A DNA stretch of 23,904 nucleotides from Pseudobacteriovorax sp. (GTDB lineage Bacteria > Bdellovibrionota_B > Oligoflexia > Oligoflexales > Oligoflexaceae): positions 1 to 23,904 of the forward strand of contig JBNKNM010000074.1 of the NCBI GenBank assembly GCA_050293845.1, read 5' to 3'. Positions 1 through 8,684 of this stretch are shown piece by piece (within the stretch, counting starts at the first letter, position 1; every line of letters begins with the position of its first letter). The position numbers and the translations under genes are program-made. The notes beneath the pieces were generated by a model. That model made no database searches, was not told where the DNA came from, and saw only the letters and a list, made by a program, of their open reading frames with translations.

Positions 1-27
1 ATGGGGGATTTAATTATTGTTGGATGT

Positions 28-222
28 TGTGACATCTTGGCTTAAGGTTTAATAGGATTGATAGAATACTCATACCACTAAGGTATACCTTTTTTTCGGA
101 AGTCCACCTGCAAAGAACTCTGGGGTTAAGCGTGCTTGGCTCGGAGCAATTTCAGGATGGGTGACCGTCGGGAAGTCTTCCCGGGTGTGTATAAGTGAGA
201 ACAAAAGTGCATAGAAAAAAAT
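28..222 (+). mobile_element. Partial LTR of a plant (grass-type) Cassandra TRIM retrotransposon; 3' end of LTR absent
   Basis: Starts with the LTR-type terminus TGTGACATC at 28, followed by TTAATAGGATTGATAGAATACTCATACCA, a eukaryotic 5S-derived core (114-180) and CCGGGTG..AGTGAG..CAAAAGTGC..AGAAAA. This order matches my recollection of Poaceae Cassandra LTRs. No closing ...TACA terminus is seen. Right boundary approximate (222-234). Confidence 0.85.
114..180 (+). promoter_or_regulatory. Eukaryotic (plant) 5S rRNA-derived domain with RNA polymerase III internal promoter (box A / box C)
   Basis: Blocks matching the plant cytosolic 5S rRNA core at the expected spacing: AGAACTC 114-120, GTTAAGCGTGCTTGG 125-139, AGGATGGGTGACC 154-166, GGGAAGTC 170-177. 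The 5S 5' and 3' ends are not conserved, so this is not a full rRNA gene. Confidence 0.88.
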
Positions 223-1629
223 ATGATTAATCTGGATTGGTGCCGCGAGATAGTGAGTACTAAAGTATTTCGGTTGCGTCCTGAAACCTATAAAGCTAAA
301 CATCCCATTTGGCCAGGTATGGTTGGAATCGAATTAGAAATAATGCCTTTTGCGGCTTCTAGCCTCCAGTCTAGGAACCCAAAGATGACTCCCCTGTTTG
401 GTGTGGACAGCCTGACAAGCTATCTGGAGCATCTGCAAAGCCATCACCCTTCTTGGATACCGAGGCGTAGTCAGAATGGATTGATATCGAGTATGGACTT
501 AGGTGACAGCGATCAATTCACCTTTGAGCCAGGAGGGCAGCTGGAATTTTCCACTAAGCCCTATCCGTGCTTGCAAGACGCTGGAAAACGAGTCAGAAAG
601 ATTCAAGAGTCATTGAACAGCCATGCCGCTGAGTTCGACATTGTATTTATTCAAGCAGGTAGCCACCCCTGGGCTTCTGCTAAAGAAATTGGCTTACAGA
701 TGAGCAAGCAGCGCTACCAGGCTATGGATAAATATTTTAAAGAGATTGGACCCTTCGGGGAGAGGATGATGCGGGAAACTTGCACCATCCAGGTAAACTT
801 AGATTTTGGCAGTTCAGAAAATGTATTGGCCAAGCGGTACTTGGCTGCCAACCTACTAGCCCCGATTTTTACAGCTATTTTTGCCAATTCGCCCATAAGC
901 GAGGGAGTGTCCAATGGGTACAAGTCTGTGCGTGCCAATATTTGGCGCATGCTTGATCCAGGACGAACAGGATTTCCTGCTCTAACAGAGATAGGGAATC
1001 GTTTGGACCTCAATTCCTGTGTTGCTGCCTATTTGGATCATGTTCTTGATGCCCATGTTATTTTTATTGAATCGTTGAATTTCCAAGTGCCCCCAGAGCC
1101 CCTTAGCTTCAGGCAATGGATGGAGCAGGGATATCAAGGGGTATTTCCAACGGCCCAAGATTTTGAAACCCATCTGACCCTTCACTTTCCTGAAGTGAGG
1201 CCGAAAGGTTTCTTAGAGTTACGTTCCATTGATTGCCAAGGAGTTGCCTGGCAGATCGTACCGGCCAGTATAAGCGCCTCTCTTCTATATGATGATGACA
1301 ACCTGCATAAAGTGATCGAGCTCCTTAGCCCATTTCAGGACCGCATCGACGATCTGCGCGAGCAGGCAACAAAAGGTTTGGATAATTTAGTTTTACGTGA
1401 AGTTGCAACAAAAATTATGTATTTAGCCATAGAAGGTTTTCGCCGCTTACCACCTTGCTACCAGGGTGAGCAGGCTGGGAAAATTCTTGAGGTGTTTGCG
1501 GAAAAATTTACATTGGTCCACAAAACACCAGCGGACGATATTTTAGATCATTTTGCCCAATCTGGAGGAAATTTTTTCACACCAGATATGATGCGGCAAG
1601 TGCAGGATAGCTGGTTAAACTTGATTTAG
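223..1629 (+). CDS. gshA: Glutamate--cysteine ligase, GCS2 family (plant-GshA/EgtA-like)
   Basis: Motifs VGIELE, TFEPGGQLEFS, MMRETCTIQVNLD, AIFANSP, RANIWRMLDPGRTG, HLTLHFPEVRPKGFLELRSID. Start uncertain because it abuts the Cassandra-like DNA and has no clear SD. Confidence 0.88.
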   Translation: MINLDWCREIVSTKVFRLRPETYKAKHPIWPGMVGIELEIMPFAASSLQSRNPKMTPLFGVDSLTSYLEHLQSHHPSWIPRRSQNGLISSMDLGDSDQFTFEPGGQLEFSTKPYPCLQDAGKRVRKIQESLNSHAAEFDIVFIQAGSHPWASAKEIGLQMSKQRYQAMDKYFKEIGPFGERMMRETCTIQVNLDFGSSENVLAKRYLAANLLAPIFTAIFANSPISEGVSNGYKSVRANIWRMLDPGRTGFPALTEIGNRLDLNSCVAAYLDHVLDAHVIFIESLNFQVPPEPLSFRQWMEQGYQGVFPTAQDFETHLTLHFPEVRPKGFLELRSIDCQGVAWQIVPASISASLLYDDDNLHKVIELLSPFQDRIDDLREQATKGLDNLVLREVATKIMYLAIEGFRRLPPCYQGEQAGKILEVFAEKFTLVHKTPADDILDHFAQSGGNFFTPDMMRQVQDSWLNLI

Positions 1630-1648
1630 AGTAGTATAGGAAAAAGGC

Positions 1649-4600
1649 ATGGCAGAGACCAAAAAATTCCGTTTGGAAGCGGCTCAAGAAGAAGAAATGG
1701 GGCTTGATGTCAATGATAGTGGGGAGCAAGTGCCCACATATGCAAAGGAAATATCTGGTCAACAGCTCGAAACGTATATTGATGATATAGCTGATACGGT
1801 TCGGGTGGGTTTGGATCAAAGTATCTCTATTTTGACGCCATGGTTTTTCAACAACATGCCCAAAATTTACTACCAAACAACACCGCGACAGGAAAAAGTA
1901 CGTCATCTGTCGGCAATTATTACAGGGCATGTATTTGAAACGAAACAGACGGTTGAGTTGTGGGATCGTGATAAAAGTAAAGTGACCTACATAGGTCCTG
2001 GAGGTGATCGTAAGATCCTTACAGATATGGCGCTGAAGATTTCTAAAAACGAGCTGAAGATGGGGGCCCTCTACTTTTCCCGTGATAACTTGCTTTTTCT
2101 ATCGACTTTTTTTTGCACCAATCACCGTCCCTTAGACCAAAAAAATAAAAGAATTTTTGAAAAACTGGCTGACGCTAAAAGACTAATGCTGCAGGAGTAT
2201 CCGGATTCTGAGCAGGAGATCGACCACTACTGCGAATTCCTAGACAATGACTTTGTCATTTATGCGACTGCAGCACGATTAAGCATTACATTTCGAATGG
2301 TTAAGCATATGTTGGGTCATCAAGGAGCCCATACTTTTCTTGATGTATTTGAAAATTCTCCAGTGGGGCGGTTAACTCTGGGCTTGAAAAACGTTAATGC
2401 TGCGGAAATGATGGAACCCATCTTAAGCCTTATCCACCGCTATGACTTCAATATTGGGCGAGCCTTCGTTGCTAATTTTGACTCAGGCTATGATGAGTCG
2501 ATTACCGTGATGCATTTTATTGTGTCCCATGCCTCGGGAAAAAAAGTACGTAATAATCTAGTTCCTATGATTCGTTTGAACAAGGCACTTCGCACCATGG
2601 GTTGGGTGGACTACGATGAATTTTCCAGCTTCAATAAAGATCCATACGACTTTTCTATTAACGCAACCAATTTAATCCGCTCTTTTGCTGCCTACAGTCA
2701 TATCTTTCTTAGCAAGAGAAATCCTTATGCTTACTCACTCTACAAAATTCGCAACACTTTTGGTCAATATCCAAAATTGCTTGATATGATAGTAAAGTTC
2801 TTCCGTGCAAAGTTTGATCCTAGCTTACCTCCTGGAGAGTGGTCGAGCACCAAAGATGAAAAGATCGAGGAAATTAGGAAAGAGATCGACTTAGTCTTTG
2901 AGGAAATAGATCGTCACATTTTCAAAAAATGTTTAAAATTCACCATGCATTGTATTAAGACGAACTACTTTCTCCCTACTAAAACTGGATTAGCATTTCG
3001 TTTTAGCCCTGACATCCTAGACGCTCGCTATTATGGAAGTAAGCCTTTCGGTATCTTTTTCATTATTGGAAAAGATTTTCGTTTCTTTCAAGTGCGCTGG
3101 AAGGATATTGCTCGCGGTGGCATGCGAGTGGTAATGCCACGCTCTGATGCTGATCATGACATGGCGCTGGCTGGAAGTTTTGACGAGGTGTATGGGTTAA
3201 GCCATGCTCAGCAACTCAAAAACAAGGATATTCCTGAAGGGGGATCAAAGGCTGTCTTGATTTTACGTCCTGGAGGCCATAGGGACCAAGCTGTAAAAGG
3301 AAGTGTTAACGCCTTGCTCGACTTGTTGGTAGAGGAAGATGAATCCCATGAGGTAAAAGAAAAACTTATAACATATTATGATCGTACGGAGATCATCTAC
3401 CTTGGTCCAGACGAAAATATGACCAATGAGCTTATTACCTGGATTCCAGAACAAGCGCGGCGGCGCAAATATCGCTATGCATCAGCTTTTATGTCTTCCA
3501 AACCGGGTGAGGGTATAAACCATAAAGAGTTTGGCGTGACATCTGAAGGTTTAAATGTTTTTGTAGAAAACACTCTAAAGTTTATGGGTTTAGACCCTCG
3601 TAAAAAACAATTCAAAGTGAAAATGACTGGTGGACCCGATGGCGATGTAGCAGGAAATGAGCTCAGAATTCTTTACCGAGAATATGGGGATAATGCCAGA
3701 GTCGTTTCGATCTCAGATGGTTTCGGAGCAGCCTATGATCCAGATGGCCTGGATTGGGAAGAACTTCTCAGGCTGGTGGATGAGTCAAAATCTATTGTTG
3801 AATACGATAAAACCAAACTAGGTAAAAGTTCTGAAGCATTTATCATTTCTGCTGATACGAACGAGAAAATCAAAATTCGTAATGAAATCTACAAACGTGT
3901 CTATGCGGATGTCTTTATTCCTGCTGGTGGTCGTCCTTATTCGGTAAGCGGAAAGAACTGGACAGACTTTTTCGATAAAAGTGGGAACCCCAGTGTGAGA
4001 GCCATCGTTGAAGGAGCTAATATTTTCTTTACAGATGAGGCGCGACAGCATCTGCAAGAAAAAGGAATATTAATCATTAAAGATTCCTCAGCTAATAAAA
4101 CAGGTGTGATTTGTTCATCCTATGAAATAATTGCTTCTTTAACCCTGTCTACTGATGAATTCATGGCGATCAAAGAACAATACGTAAGTGAAGTGATCGA
4201 GATTCTTCGTCAAAAGGCCGATGCGGAAGCTAAGCTGCTCTTTAGAGCATATGCTGAGGAAGATGGATCAAAGACTTTAGTGGAGTTATCATTGTTAATT
4301 TCGAAAGAAATTAACCGTATCACTGATATTCTCTTAGAAGCCCTTACTGAGGATAAGGATAATGTGCTTAACGATGATTTATATCAGCACATCATTAAAA
4401 TTCACTGCCCTAAGATTTTGCGAGAAGGATACCCTGAAAGAATCTTAGAACGGTTACCTGATCCCCATAAAATTGCGATCATATCATCTTGGATTGCAAG
4501 TTATGTGGTCTATAATGAGGGTCTTACCTGGCTTCGTAGTATTCCCGTGAAGCATTGGTTTGAAGCTCTCAAGATATACATAGAAAAGGACAGGTTATCT

Positions 4601-4729
4601 TCCCAGTTGTTGAACAGTGTTTCTCAGTCCAATCTTTTTGAAAAAGATCAGGTTAAAGCTATTTTGTCCATGAGTGCTGCACGCAACCTTACTGTCATGG
4701 AGTTACTTAACCGTAAGATTCTTAACTAG
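1649..4729 (+). CDS. Large NAD-specific glutamate dehydrogenase (~1000-aa class resembling fungal GDH2)
   Basis: ARGGMRVV, QLKNKDIPEGGSKAV, YLGPDENMT, INHKEFGVTSEG, TGGPDGDVAGNE, FIPAGGRP, VEGANIF, KDSSANKTGVICSSYEI. Starts 19 bp after the ligase stop. Confidence 0.93.
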   Translation: MAETKKFRLEAAQEEEMGLDVNDSGEQVPTYAKEISGQQLETYIDDIADTVRVGLDQSISILTPWFFNNMPKIYYQTTPRQEKVRHLSAIITGHVFETKQTVELWDRDKSKVTYIGPGGDRKILTDMALKISKNELKMGALYFSRDNLLFLSTFFCTNHRPLDQKNKRIFEKLADAKRLMLQEYPDSEQEIDHYCEFLDNDFVIYATAARLSITFRMVKHMLGHQGAHTFLDVFENSPVGRLTLGLKNVNAAEMMEPILSLIHRYDFNIGRAFVANFDSGYDESITVMHFIVSHASGKKVRNNLVPMIRLNKALRTMGWVDYDEFSSFNKDPYDFSINATNLIRSFAAYSHIFLSKRNPYAYSLYKIRNTFGQYPKLLDMIVKFFRAKFDPSLPPGEWSSTKDEKIEEIRKEIDLVFEEIDRHIFKKCLKFTMHCIKTNYFLPTKTGLAFRFSPDILDARYYGSKPFGIFFIIGKDFRFFQVRWKDIARGGMRVVMPRSDADHDMALAGSFDEVYGLSHAQQLKNKDIPEGGSKAVLILRPGGHRDQAVKGSVNALLDLLVEEDESHEVKEKLITYYDRTEIIYLGPDENMTNELITWIPEQARRRKYRYASAFMSSKPGEGINHKEFGVTSEGLNVFVENTLKFMGLDPRKKQFKVKMTGGPDGDVAGNELRILYREYGDNARVVSISDGFGAAYDPDGLDWEELLRLVDESKSIVEYDKTKLGKSSEAFIISADTNEKIKIRNEIYKRVYADVFIPAGGRPYSVSGKNWTDFFDKSGNPSVRAIVEGANIFFTDEARQHLQEKGILIIKDSSANKTGVICSSYEIIASLTLSTDEFMAIKEQYVSEVIEILRQKADAEAKLLFRAYAEEDGSKTLVELSLLISKEINRITDILLEALTEDKDNVLNDDLYQHIIKIHCPKILREGYPERILERLPDPHKIAIISSWIASYVVYNEGLTWLRSIPVKHWFEALKIYIEKDRLSSQLLNSVSQSNLFEKDQVKAILSMSAARNLTVMELLNRKILN

Positions 4730-4732
4730 CGG

Positions 4733-5320
4733 TCAAAAAGAAGAGCTTTTTTGCTGTAAAAAATCGACTTCTTCGGGGGTCGATTCTCTTCCGAGAATAG
4801 CGTTTCTGTGAGGAAAACGATTAAATCTTTTAATGATGTCGCGATGTTGTTTTGCATAGTCTAAAGCGGTAGCTATCATTTGTTGGGCTTTGGGTTCGGA
4901 TTGCTGTGCATACAACTCTTCAAAGCATGTGATGCCCAAGTTCTGGATTTCAATATTTTCGCTGTGCATTGTAGGCATCAGTGAAAAATATCCATATGGG
5001 CAATATCCCCTAAGATAGAATTTATTTTCGATACCCGTTAGAGCCACGGCTAAGGCTTTTTTATCAAAGTGAAACGATTGTGGCTGATTGCGATAGGCAT
5101 TGCGTGGGAATTGGTCTAGTAAAATAATGAGCGCAGTAAGACCTTCGTGGTCTTTGGTCCAACGATCAAAAGCACCCATGAAACCATGATCCATATATTC
5201 GCTGAATTTTTTTTTGATCAGATTGTCATATTGAGGATCTTTTTGAAACCATTTCTGACTATTGTTAAAAGCGTCACTTCCGAACCAGAATGCTAGAATC
5301 GATTGGCATAGAATTTCCAT
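4733..5320 (-). CDS. DUF924 family protein
   Basis: ILAFWF, KWF.KD...D, ALIILLDQFPRNAYR, MHSE, HRDIIKRFNRFPHRNAILGRESTPEE are the DUF924 signature; GAGG-type SD upstream. Confidence 0.92.
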   Translation of the reverse strand: MEILCQSILAFWFGSDAFNNSQKWFQKDPQYDNLIKKKFSEYMDHGFMGAFDRWTKDHEGLTALIILLDQFPRNAYRNQPQSFHFDKKALAVALTGIENKFYLRGYCPYGYFSLMPTMHSENIEIQNLGITCFEELYAQQSEPKAQQMIATALDYAKQHRDIIKRFNRFPHRNAILGRESTPEEVDFLQQKSSSF

Positions 5321-5371
5321 AAATACTTCCTCTTCTTCACTGAGAATGCAAACATTCTAGAAACGGATTTC

Positions 5372-5401
5372 AAAAAAAAAGCGAAGCTGATAGCTCCGCT
5401 T
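5372..5401 (-). terminator. Rho-independent terminator of rpmG
   Basis: Minus strand reads AAGCGGAGCT-ATC-AGCTTCGCTT then a T run, beginning about 24 nt after the rpmG stop. Confidence 0.85.
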
Positions 5402-5424
5402 GATTCTACTACCGCAATCCGCTG

Positions 5425-5592
5425 TTATTTAATCTTAGCTTCTTTAAAAAGCACGTGCTGCTTTATTTTGGGATCGTACTTTTTAAGCTGAAGTTTATCA
5501 CGCCCACGCTTTTTTGAAGTGGTATAAAAGAAACCTGTGCCAGCAGACGACACAAGACGGATAAGTTCTCTAGTATTTTTTCCTTTAGCCAT
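5425..5592 (-). CDS. rpmG: 50S ribosomal protein L33 (55 aa, cysteine-free form); absent from the ORF track
   Basis: Manual translation [62 protein letters not shown] upstream of the ATG. Confidence 0.97.
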   Translation of the reverse strand: MAKGKNTRELIRLVSSAGTGFFYTTSKKRGRDKLQLKKYDPKIKQHVLFKEAKIK

Positions 5593-5669
5593 GATCGCTC
5601 CCAAGTCTATCTACACAGCCATTTTGGCTGATTAAGTACCTAAAATACTGCTCCAATGATGAAGCCAGA

Positions 5670-5705
5670 GGGCGCAATTTAACAGGTCTAGAGATGAGAA
5701 TTCAA
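5670..5705 (-). promoter_or_regulatory. Putative sigma70 promoter of rpmG
   Basis: Minus strand TTGAAT-N18-TAAATT with an extended -10 TG and a GC-rich discriminator GCGCCC. Confidence 0.5.
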
Positions 5706-5819
5706 CAACTTTTTGTCAATTTTTATAAAAACTTTCCAGAACTGATTTTCTTTCTCGAACCGCAATGCTAAATTATCTGTTAGATTGCGGAAATTGTGAA
5801 AGTTTTAGGAGTGCTAATC

Positions 5820-6257
5820 TTGGCTGTCATGGAAAAAATAACCAACGATTTGAAAACGTCTATGAAAGCTCGCGATAAATTTCGTACCCAGGTGCTAAGA
5901 ATGGTCCTGAGCGAATTTAAGTATGCTATGACTTCTCAGACTAAGGAGGAATCACTTGATGACTCGCAAGCTGAGAAAATACTGATTAGCTACCATAAAC
6001 GTTTAAATAAGTCCTTGGGTGACTACCCTGAAGGTGATAGAAAGGACGATATACGCAAAGAAGTCAAAATTTTGGAAGAGTATCTGCCAAAGAAAGTTGA
6101 TGAAGAAACTTTGGAACAAGCTATAGACGAGCTACTGAAGGAATCTGAAGAGCGTCAATTTGGCGTTTTAATGAAATCTTTGATGGCTAAGTTTGGAACT
6201 GCGGCTGATGGCAAGACCCTCAGTTCTCTTTTAAAGCGAAAGTTGGCAGCGAAATGA
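5820..6257 (+). CDS. yqeY: GatB/YqeY domain protein
   Basis: DLKTSMKARDK..LRMVLSE, EVKILEEYLPK, FGVLMK..ADGK.LS. Start placed at TTG 5820 after an AGGAG SD (ORF track uses 5796). Confidence 0.85.
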   Translation: MAVMEKITNDLKTSMKARDKFRTQVLRMVLSEFKYAMTSQTKEESLDDSQAEKILISYHKRLNKSLGDYPEGDRKDDIRKEVKILEEYLPKKVDEETLEQAIDELLKESEERQFGVLMKSLMAKFGTAADGKTLSSLLKRKLAAK

Positions 6258-7003
6258 TTCCCTATCAATCAGTTGGTGAACTTGCCCAAGAGGCCGGAAA
6301 ACTCACTCTAGACATTTATCGGTCCAAGGATTTTGGTACTGTGAATAAGGATGATGGTTCCCCTGTGACCCGAGCAGATTGCGCTGCCCATGAACTTATC
6401 TTAAGTACACTGGAGTCCCTGACACCAGAAATCCCTGTGTTGAGTGAGGAGTCTTATACTGAAACTAGTGATATCCTCAAATCAGAGAGATTTTGGCTGG
6501 TAGACCCTCTTGATGGAACTAAGGATTTTATTGCTGGGACAGGAGATTTTACGATCAATATTGCTCTTGTCGAGTCTGGTATAAGCACTGCTGGCTTTGT
6601 TTATGTACCCATTACTGAGGAGTTATTCTGTGCTTGGGGTGGAGAAGCACTTAAGAACGGCAAAGCCATCAAAACCTCTGTAGTAAACCATCCACCAGTA
6701 GCTGGTGTCAGTCATTTTCATAAGAGCAACGAGCTTAATGAGTTTCTTGAAAGAAATCAAATTAGTCAAGTGAAGTCAGTGGGATCGTCTCTTAAGTTTT
6801 GCCGTCTTGCCGAAGGCGTCCTTGACATTTATCCTAGGCTAGGACCAACATCCCAATGGGATACAGCTGCAGGCCAAGCAGTTGCGGAAGCAGCTGGCTG
6901 CCTAGTCGTTAGTTTAGTTGATAAGCAAAGGCTTTGGTATGGTAATCGAGGGATCATTAACCAAAAATTTGTCGCCTATAAGCCTCAATTCCAGTGGAAA
7001 TGA
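6254..7003 (+). CDS. cysQ: 3'(2'),5'-bisphosphate nucleotidase CysQ (inositol monophosphatase family)
   Basis: KDDGSPVTRAD, VLSEE, FWLVDPLDGTKDFI, GSSLKFC.LAEG..DIYPRLGPTSQWDTAAG; ATGA overlap with yqeY. Confidence 0.93.
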   Translation: MIPYQSVGELAQEAGKLTLDIYRSKDFGTVNKDDGSPVTRADCAAHELILSTLESLTPEIPVLSEESYTETSDILKSERFWLVDPLDGTKDFIAGTGDFTINIALVESGISTAGFVYVPITEELFCAWGGEALKNGKAIKTSVVNHPPVAGVSHFHKSNELNEFLERNQISQVKSVGSSLKFCRLAEGVLDIYPRLGPTSQWDTAAGQAVAEAAGCLVVSLVDKQRLWYGNRGIINQKFVAYKPQFQWK

Positions 7004-7081
7004 TGCCTTCTGGGATTGATTACTATCAAGTAAAAGTGGATAATAAAAGGGATGGTTTCCTAACCTGTTAGGAGTATGGGT

Positions 7082-7513
7082 ATGTTCGTTCACCCTTTCA
7101 AGATGGCTATAGTTGATGATGAACAAGACATTGCTATGGTTCTGAGTGATTGTATTCATGATATGTTTCCCGATGTCTTCTCCATAAAATTTTTTGATAA
7201 TCCTCAGATAGCTTTTGAATTTATAAAAGCAAATTCAGTATTGATTGTTATCACAGATGTGAAAATGCCTTCTCTCAATGGAGATCATCTCAATCTTAAG
7301 ATAAAACAGTTAAGCCGGGGTATTCAAACGATCATACTTACAGGTAATCAGAACTATACAACAACGATGACTTGTTTTAGAGATGGTGCAAATGGTTACA
7401 TTGCTAAGCCCTTTGAAATGGAAACAATTCGCACGACGATTCAGCGTTGTATTGATAGCTTGGAAGCCTGGGACGAAGTGTTTTCAAAATTTGTTGAGCA
7501 AACTGCTGTTTAG
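7082..7513 (+). CDS. Single-domain response regulator (receiver)
   Basis: IVDDE acidic pocket, ITDVKMP phospho-Asp, ILTG, YIAKPF. AGGAG at 7070-7074 favours ATG 7082 over 7076. Confidence 0.9.
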   Translation: MFVHPFKMAIVDDEQDIAMVLSDCIHDMFPDVFSIKFFDNPQIAFEFIKANSVLIVITDVKMPSLNGDHLNLKIKQLSRGIQTIILTGNQNYTTTMTCFRDGANGYIAKPFEMETIRTTIQRCIDSLEAWDEVFSKFVEQTAV

Positions 7514-8684
7514 TCTTATATTCTACGCTTGTTCTTCTGAACCCAATATATTGGGTTATGTAGCTCAACCAACCTTTAGTGATAATGCTGTAGATCAACT
7601 TTCCAAAGCTAAAATACTTTACGATAAAGGGCAATATGTAGATGCACTTAGTGCTGCTGAGCGGGCTTATGAACTAGATTCCGAAAATGAAATCATTGCT
7701 GTAGTGCTAAGTTCTATCCATATGGCACTGGCGGGTATCGATACTTTCCAGCTGGTACAACGCATGATTCTAAACAACGAGGGTGAAAACCTTATAGCTT
7801 CAGATGCCGCCGGTAATCTGACCTCACTTTCCAGCTTAGTCGGAGTTTCTACGAACGAACTTGATCTCTTAACTTTAGAAAACAACGAAAAGAACGGAGT
7901 ACAAGGGGCTCCCGAAAGTGGATTGTTCAAGGATTTACCAGTATTACTGCCAAAGAGTGCTCCAGACGCTCGCTTGACAGGTGGCGATACAGTCTTTCAT
8001 ATTCATAAGGCCATCACGGTATTATGCCCTTTTGTGGAAGAGGCTGTAAAAATAACTGAAGGAAGTGGAGATATTCGCCATCGCCGCGATGTTTGCGAAC
8101 CACTGGGTCAACATAAATATCGTGGTAAGTCCCATTTCAATTGGGCATTTGCTCATCTTACGGAAGCTTTATTATTTCATACTATTGTCCTCTATGCCCC
8201 GTCTGGTGATCAGCCCAACCTCCAAATGAGAGGAGCTATTCTTGATGACTCGAACCAAGTACAGGATTTGGAACAGTACATATCAGCTTTAAATGAGTTG
8301 GCTGTGGTAACGGACATTATTCTTCCCACAAGTGCTGAAGAATCTGAAAATTCCATGCTTCTTGCGATGTTCAATGATCTCGATGCTGCGTCACGTGCTT
8401 TTGCCAGCCTGTCAGGTATTCCAGAATCGATCACTTCGGGCATAATTAGTTCCTTGCAAGATCTGAAAAGCCAACGTAGTCAAATAGAACGACCTGAATC
8501 TAGCCAAAATTCTAGCTCGCAAGCATTGAAAAGTCAGCTTACGGCAAAGCTTGCCAAAGAAATCAGGGAACAAGTAACGACGAGATTCGAGACTGAAAAT
8601 CTAAATGAAAGTGAGAAACAGGATATTTGTGCGGCCTACAACTCCATTTCAACTGAAGCATTTACTCAATGTGAGGGTTTATGA
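7491..8684 (+). CDS. Predicted lipoprotein with N-terminal TPR-like motif, unknown function
   Basis: From TTG 7491/7494 a signal peptide and lipobox (SKLLFSLIFYA-C); TPR-like LSKAKILYDKGQYVDALSAAERAYELDSEN. The ORF-track start at 7383 lies deep inside the receiver gene and is probably too long. Confidence 0.65.
   Translation: MLSKLLFSLIFYACSSEPNILGYVAQPTFSDNAVDQLSKAKILYDKGQYVDALSAAERAYELDSENEIIAVVLSSIHMALAGIDTFQLVQRMILNNEGENLIASDAAGNLTSLSSLVGVSTNELDLLTLENNEKNGVQGAPESGLFKDLPVLLPKSAPDARLTGGDTVFHIHKAITVLCPFVEEAVKITEGSGDIRHRRDVCEPLGQHKYRGKSHFNWAFAHLTEALLFHTIVLYAPSGDQPNLQMRGAILDDSNQVQDLEQYISALNELAVVTDIILPTSAEESENSMLLAMFNDLDAASRAFASLSGIPESITSGIISSLQDLKSQRSQIERPESSQNSSSQALKSQLTAKLAKEIREQVTTRFETENLNESEKQDICAAYNSISTEAFTQCEGL

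Noticed and set aside
70..190. Complete 5S rRNA gene (bacterial or plant)
   Set aside because: Only the internal eukaryotic-type core matches; the 5S termini are not conserved and there is no rRNA operon context.
70..303. 77-aa minus-strand ORF
   Set aside because: Antisense reading of the Cassandra-like LTR and the ligase start; no protein features.
5809..5817. GAGTGCTAA, right arm of a CIRCE (HrcA) element
   Set aside because: The left arm TTAGCACTC is absent at the 9-bp spacing, and the site overlaps the yqeY SD.
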